Shown: positions 58,061-64,000 of the stretch, in pieces | Layout of the letters: each line of letters opens with the position of its first letter | Numbering within the stretch: the first letter of the stretch is position 1 | DNA from: Amphiscolops sp. MND2022 | Lineage: Eukaryota | DNA length: 64,000 nucleotides | Assembly: GCA_964187785.1 (NCBI GenBank) | Contig: OZ076409.1 | Coordinates: forward strand, 4,528,001-4,592,000 | Direction of reading: 5' to 3' | Made by a program: the position numbers and the translations under genes | The notes under the pieces: model-generated | Seen by the model: only the letters and a program-made list of their open reading frames with translations | Databases searched by the model: none | What the model was told of the DNA's origin: nothing

Positions 58061-58657
58061 TAACCTTAAGTTGGCCAGGAAAAATCTGGTTCCATCCAAA
58101 AATCGGGTGCTTCAACTTTAAACCGCAATATCTCCTGAACTATACAAGTCCGACAAACGGTTTATACAGCGTTCGAAAGAGGAGCATTGGGGCTTTCAAA
58201 TCAATTTTTAAACTGCTGGGCTTGGGGCCCGCTAGCGCGGGCCCCTTGCGTGCAAAGTTTTTTGCGCGAAGTTCTCCGCTGGCGTGCGGCTTCGCCGCAC
58301 TGGCTCCGAACTTTGCGCCAAAACTTTGCACGCGTCGTGTCTCTGCTTGCTTTTCAGCATGTTTCAAAACATGCTGGGGCCGCTTTGACCCAATGTTGAT
58401 GCCAGTGGGATAAAAGGGACACAAACGAAAACTGGGAAAACGGAAAATCTGCACTTATTTTTCTTTTAATTTTTTCGCCTCATTTTTTGGATTTTGGAGA
58501 CATCACGTCAATTTTCCGTGAAAAGGCGCCGAATGCTATGCAATATTGTCTGAAACTCTTATTAAAGGGTTTGCTTTACCATACAATCAGCTGGTGCGTT
58601 AAGAATTTGCAGAAACTAAATGTGCCAAATTTGGCACATTGGCCAAGTTAAGGTTAA
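58061..58657. mobile_element. piggyBac-like MITE
   Basis: TTAA-CCTTAAGTTGGCCA ... TGGCCAAGTTAAGG-TTAA. Confidence 0.6.
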
Positions 58658-59241
58658 AAACGAAAAACCTTTTGTTTTTAAATTGACCAACCTTCAATTT
58701 TTTGCTCAAAGGGTCCCCCTTTCAATTTTTTGATGTTTTGCACCAATGGATAATAAAAAATGCGAAAGGGTCCCCTTTAGCGAGCTCCAACTTTTGGGTT
58801 TTTGGGGTGCTGTAGAAGAGAATACTTGACACTAAAGTCCTTTTGCTATTTTTGAGCCTTAGATATGGCGCCGTTTCGGCCGTTCCCGGCATGTTTCACA
58901 TTGGAGTTGCGTAATCGTAAGTTTAATAGCAAGCAATGGTATTGGTTTTCATGAGCTTGTTTTTAAACGTACTATCAAGCAGCTCCTATTTGAGAAAAAA
59001 ACGGATTTCTAATGGGTTTCATAACAAATTATAATGATGGATTTTACAACAACTAGTAGTTGTTTTGATAAACGATGCCTTCAGAGCGATTTATCACTTT
59101 CGAGAAGAAAATTTTTCTTCGTTTTTCGTTTCAGACATTTGTGATGTTTTCACCCTAATGTGAGAATTGTTTTGTTTGGCTTGGACTGAATTTGTGGGTG
59201 GATTGAGCACAACAAAAAACAACAAGCACCCTCCTTGTGAA

Positions 59242-59322
59242 ATGGCCCAAGGCAACACACCTGAAAGATGTGACGAAGGCGGCGATTACGAGATAGAGAG
59301 CGAAAGTGGAGATATTTCGGAG
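59242..59322 (+). CDS. possible first coding exon of an unidentified downstream gene
   Basis: ATG...MAQGNTPERCDEGGDYEIESESGDISE, then GAG|GTAATT donor; strong acceptor TTTTTCGTTTCAG at 59134 upstream. No homology recognised. Confidence 0.35.
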
Positions 59323-59475
59323 GTAATTTTTTACTGTTTCACTTAGTAATTTAGTTTTTCCATTTGTTGGTAACGAGTATAAAACTAACAGTGAAGTACT
59401 ACAGTCTAGTTCTACAATAACACGACTGCGATACTTCCATTAGCAAAGTTCAAATCTTGTAAACTGTTCCAAGTA

Positions 59476-60260
59476 AAGCTTTCGATAAAGTTAACCACCG
59501 GTGATACCATTGGCAAAAAATATTTTGGCAAAGAGAATGAAAGGAAAAATTTTGAAAGTAGTTGAAAATCTATTCGCAAAAACCAAAGCCTGTGTTCATG
59601 CCAATGGCATATTATCGCACTACTTCAAATGTAAAATAGGCGTCCGACAAGGTGACACTTTTTCGTCCGTGTTGTTCACCTTTTTTTGCATGATTGTAAA
59701 CAATTCACCAGAAGCTATACTTAAGGTCTCAGTAAAATGGTCACAACCGATATCTTCTACGAACACGAGATTGAAGTTATCAGGTCTTTATTCGTTTTTG
59801 ATGCACGCTGACGTTACGAATCTGAATTTTATCAGAATGTTCTGTGGCAGAAATTACGGTTAGGTGAGTGTGACATGAAATGTCATTTGAGGACAATGAA
59901 CGAAAATCTCGATTGTTATCATTTGAGTTTCAAATACATTTGATGTTTGTTTGGTTTGAACTTTTATGAAGTATTGTAAGTTGGTAATCAATTTGATATA
60001 TTAACAATTTGACTGGCCATCATCAAGACCAGGTGGTCAAAATTCGCGCAATAAAACTTTTCATAACCGGGAACCAGGACAAAGGAAGACCACGAATCCT
60101 AAGAATTGTATTCAGGGAGTACCATTATACGACAGTGAGCACTGCAATGGTTTATGGCAAGTTCGGAATAATTGAGCTCAAATTTTCGATTTGGCAAAGA
60201 ATGATTAGCTTCTGGAAAACACTGACAGGACAGAGCCAAGTTTGGAAGATACATAGCTAA
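59476..60260 (+). mobile_element. degenerate non-LTR retrotransposon reverse transcriptase fragment
   Basis: KAFDKV, ACVHANG, IGVRQGDTFSSVLF and decayed YADD-like LMHADV; multiple frameshifts. Confidence 0.8.
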
Positions 60261-60418
60261 AAGACGTCCTTTTTGTCTTTTGCCCAAATGACCATAAAGG
60301 CAGTTTTGCCATTTTCTTTTTCGACTTTTTTCATATAGATTTTGTACACATTTCGAATGCTTTTGTTGGTGAGAATATCCACAGAGGTAGGCGACTAAAT
60401 AATTAGCTAACCGGCAGG

Positions 60419-61827
60419 TAGGGCTGTGCAATTAACCCACCGAAATCGATTAACCGACCGAAGTTTTCAATAACCGAAACCGACCGACTTATCATATAAT
60501 CGACTTCGGTTAATTCTTTCAACCAATTAGGATGAAAAAATTTCTTTCAAATTGCATTAAAAAAACATAAATTATAAAGAATAAAACCGATTCAGTGCTT
60601 GAATTGCGTGATTGATTAACGACCACTTGGAATATCAGCTACAGCAGCTCCTAGCGAACGACATTAGGCCGATTCAGGCAACATTATCACTACGCGAAGA
60701 GAATCTCTAAGCCCAGAAACTTTCTGCAAACTTGCTTTGAGTAAATTGTTCAAAAATGAAGTTGAAATTTACCAACTCACACGTTTTTTTTTAATAAATA
60801 ACCGACCGATTTTTGCACATGACGAAGTCAATGTGCATTGCAGTCCAGCTAAGCAAGTTTTTTTCCACTATAGTCAACTTCATAATGAGCGCTTTTTAGA
60901 ATAAAGCCAAAACCCCAGAGAGATTCGAACCTGCAGCCTCCCGGTTGCACGGCCTAAGTGTTGACCACTGTGCCATAGGGATGTTATTGAACAAAGTTGA
61001 ACTGTTGAATATATACGCATGCGATTAAAATACTATATACAGTGGTGTGAAGAATGAATGCGACTTAGTTGCTCAGAATGCAAAGAATTCTCTAATCTGA
61101 TTGGTTCACAAAGCTTCGCTACTCAAATCTCATTGGTTTAACGAGCCTCGATCTCTCGCAAAAATCAGTATTTTCAATTGTTTACCGTCTTTTGGGGATA
61201 CTTTTTACATGAAAATTATACCAAAAAATTTCTCTGATTTTTCTCAATCCCATGATAGTTTTTGTTTGTGGAAATCACCAAGAAAACAAAAATGGGAGCA
61301 CTTTTTCGTTAAGTGAAATTAAAAGTACATGTAGTAAGATAGAAATTTCAGTCTTACACTTGGTAAAACTCCCACCAATATACATTTTACCAAATATATC
61401 CAACATCAAATTTTATCTTCGTTTTCGAGAGATTTGAGTGTATCTGCAATACAAAATTTATCAAAAAATATTTATTGAGTCACTGATATTTTCCCCAAAA
61501 TTAGCAATTTCAACTATTTTCCTCCAAAATCACATGTTTCTAACTTCGGACACAATGATGGTTGAAATTTCAAACAAAAACTATTGTAATCATAGCAAAA
61601 TTCAAGAAACTTTTGTTTTTACCAAATTGAACCATTTCGAATAGTTTTGGAGATATGATACTGCAAAATTAGCCTTCTTGAGCAACTAAGTCGCATTCTT
61701 TCTTCACACCACTGTATATACGCATATTAAAATAATCGATGTCTTCGTCATGTGTTGCGAAGCACCGCTTCGCCTCTGTGTTTAAATAATCGACCGAATT
61801 CAAAAAGACGATAATTGCACAGCCCTA
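60419..61827. mobile_element. hAT-like element with two nested insertions
   Basis: TIRs TAGGGCTGTGCAATTA / TAATTGCACAGCCCTA; TSD CCGGCAGG/CCGGCACG. Confidence 0.85.
61040..61714. mobile_element. Tc1/mariner-type MITE
   Basis: TA-flanked TIRs CAGTGGTGTGAAGAA...GCGACTTAGTTGCTCA; absent from the sister host element at 9783-10073. Confidence 0.85.
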
Positions 61828-64000
61828 CCGGCACGCTCTCCAGAAACCAAATCGAAAGGGATTTGTCTAGGAAATACTTTTGGAATCCTTAAATAACTTT
61901 TTTTTGGAAGTTTAATTTTATAAACAATTTTCATGAATTTTTTGAATGTGTTGTTAGTTATGAAAATCCACATACGTGTGACGACGAAACAATTACCTAT
62001 TTAAATACTACTTTTAATAGGAGAATTCCAAGATTTATTTTTGAAAATCCCACGAAAAAGACAAAATGCTAAATTCGTGTACAGAATTCATCATCGAAAA
62101 AGTGCGAAGTTTTCCTTTTTCGGACGTTTCATTCATTTTTTAATCGGCGCTTATATATGATAAAAAAGCCCGATTATTACAGTCACTCGTTTTTTTCAAG
62201 TTTTACTTCAAGACAGATTCGAATGCGGCTCGAAATTTTTGTTCAGTTTGTTCAACTAAAGGAATACCTGGGAAGCGCATTTAATTTATTGCAAAGGGTC
62301 CCTCCATTCATTTTTAGTCGGCGCGTTTGCCTTTAAGGAAACAAGACGGGAACGTCTAAAGTCGGCGCCATATCTAAGGCTCAAAAAAGAAAAGCTCAAA
62401 CTTTTTGAAATTGTAAAACGGGGACCCTTTGGGTTTTTTGAAAAAAAAAAGAAAAATCGAAAATAAGAATTTTGAGCCAGTCTCATAGTGCCGAAAAACT
62501 TGAAAGGGGAGACCTTTTGGGCTTTTTGAAGTTTCAATTTGCTGTTAAATATCAAAAAACTTGACGGGGGGACCCTTTGGAGACAAAAAAATTCGAAAAA
62601 AAGTCGCACAGTGCCGAAAAAAACTCAAACCTTATAGTCTCGTCCTGTATTGTATCTTACGATAAAAATGGAGTAACTGAAAGGGGGGACCCTTTGCACT
62701 ATCCTAAATGCGCTCCCCGTTTGCCTTTGCTTGTCCAGTAGTTTAGTACTGTATTTAGTAGTTGAACGTTAATTTTAACGTTCGTCGCTTCGAGTCTGTC
62801 TTAAAGAAAAAAAACGAGTGACTGTAATAGTCGGGCTCTTTTATTTATAAAAGCGCCGACTAAAAACCCGACTAATGCAGTGGCAAAATTTTCTCTTTTT
62901 TTCGTCAGATAGCAGAATGTATGCGTAGTGGACACTTTTTACAGAACTACTAAACTACTGTATCGGCAAGTGGAAACGCATCCAAGTTAGTACAAAGGGT
63001 CCCCTTTTCATTTATTCTATTTTTAGCGTTAGATACAAAACCGGACTAGACTATAGGGTCTCCCTTTAATTTTTGTTGGCACTGTGCAACTTTTTTTCGA
63101 TTTTTTTCTCCATAGGCTCCAAGTTTTTTGATATTTTGCAACAAACTGGAGTTTCAAAAAGGTCTCCCCTTCTACATTTTTCGGCACTTTGAGACTGTTT
63201 CAAAATTCTTTTTCAGTCTGAAGTTAAGTTTTCTCAAAATATACCCACAATAAATTTTTTTCAATACTTTCCGAAATTTTGACGTGATATCCGGAGTAAA
63301 GCGCTATATCCGAACTTTTGTCGTTGTTTCCGAAGTGATTTTCGTTTTACTGAGGAGGAGGAGGCGTATGATCGATCTTTTTGAGCTTTAGATATAGCGC
63401 CGACTTTAGACGTTTCCGTCTTCTTGACTTTTTAAACGGATAATACAAAACCGGACGAGAATAAAGGGTCCCCTTTGTATTTTTTTTTGACACTGTGACT
63501 CATTTTTTTTCGAAATTTTTAAAATGCCTTCAGAGGGTCCCCCTTCATTCGTTTTATATTTTGCAACGCGTTGGATGTTGAAAAAGCCCAAAAGGTCTCC
63601 CTTTTCACTTTTTCGGCACTTTGAGACAGTTTCATAATTCTCAATTTTTCGTCTGAAATTAGGTTTTTTCAATATATCGACCAATAACTTGTTCCAACAC
63701 TATTCGAATTTTTGCATTATATCCGAACTATATTGCGTTTTACTAAAGCGGAGAAAAATGAGGCGGAAACCTTTGGGTGTTTTGACACTTTTCGGTGAGT
63801 GGAAAAGAAAGTGTTGTGCATTTTTTAAAAACTTTGTGCTTTTTGACCCTTAAGCTCAGCGCCGACATTCCCGTTTTGTTTTATATTTACGTGGAGTATG
63901 GAAATCCAGAGACTGGAGGCCAAACCGGATAATAAGCATACCATTGTTTGGAAAAATGTTGACTTTTCTCCAGACAAATGCGTAAAATGAACTAAACGTG

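Noticed and set aside
1..64000. Prokaryotic operon or defence system; species assignment
   Set aside because: Spliced metazoan genes and eukaryotic TEs occur throughout, and the species cannot be determined from the sequence alone.

Overview
AT-rich, very transposon-dense eukaryotic (metazoan, probably invertebrate) genomic DNA with two spliced + strand genes reconstructed by eye. The first is the 3' part of a Par-3/Bazooka polarity gene (PDZ2-PDZ3, aPKC-binding motif, 14-3-3-type motif; about 16 exons from 558 to a stop at 39646). The second is a complete 5-exon purine nucleoside phosphorylase (48814-57466, 292 aa). A possible first coding exon of a third gene lies at about 59.2 kb. Introns and intergenic DNA are packed with nested non-autonomous elements: at least five Helentron/DINE-1-like families, several hAT-like MITE families with 8-bp TSDs, GG..CC (Merlin/MULE-like), pogo/Tc1-like and piggyBac-like MITEs. 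There are also a decayed DD34E Tc1 element, two LINE remnants and a decayed SF3B3 fragment. Main observation: four coding-region introns (three in par-3, one in PNP) coincide with four different hAT-like TIR elements. Their splice sites come from the target-site duplication and/or the TIR, which is an Introner-like route to intron gain. One of these introns sits inside the Par-3 aPKC phosphorylation motif. All gene models and TE family names come from manual reading and need RNA-seq and database confirmation.
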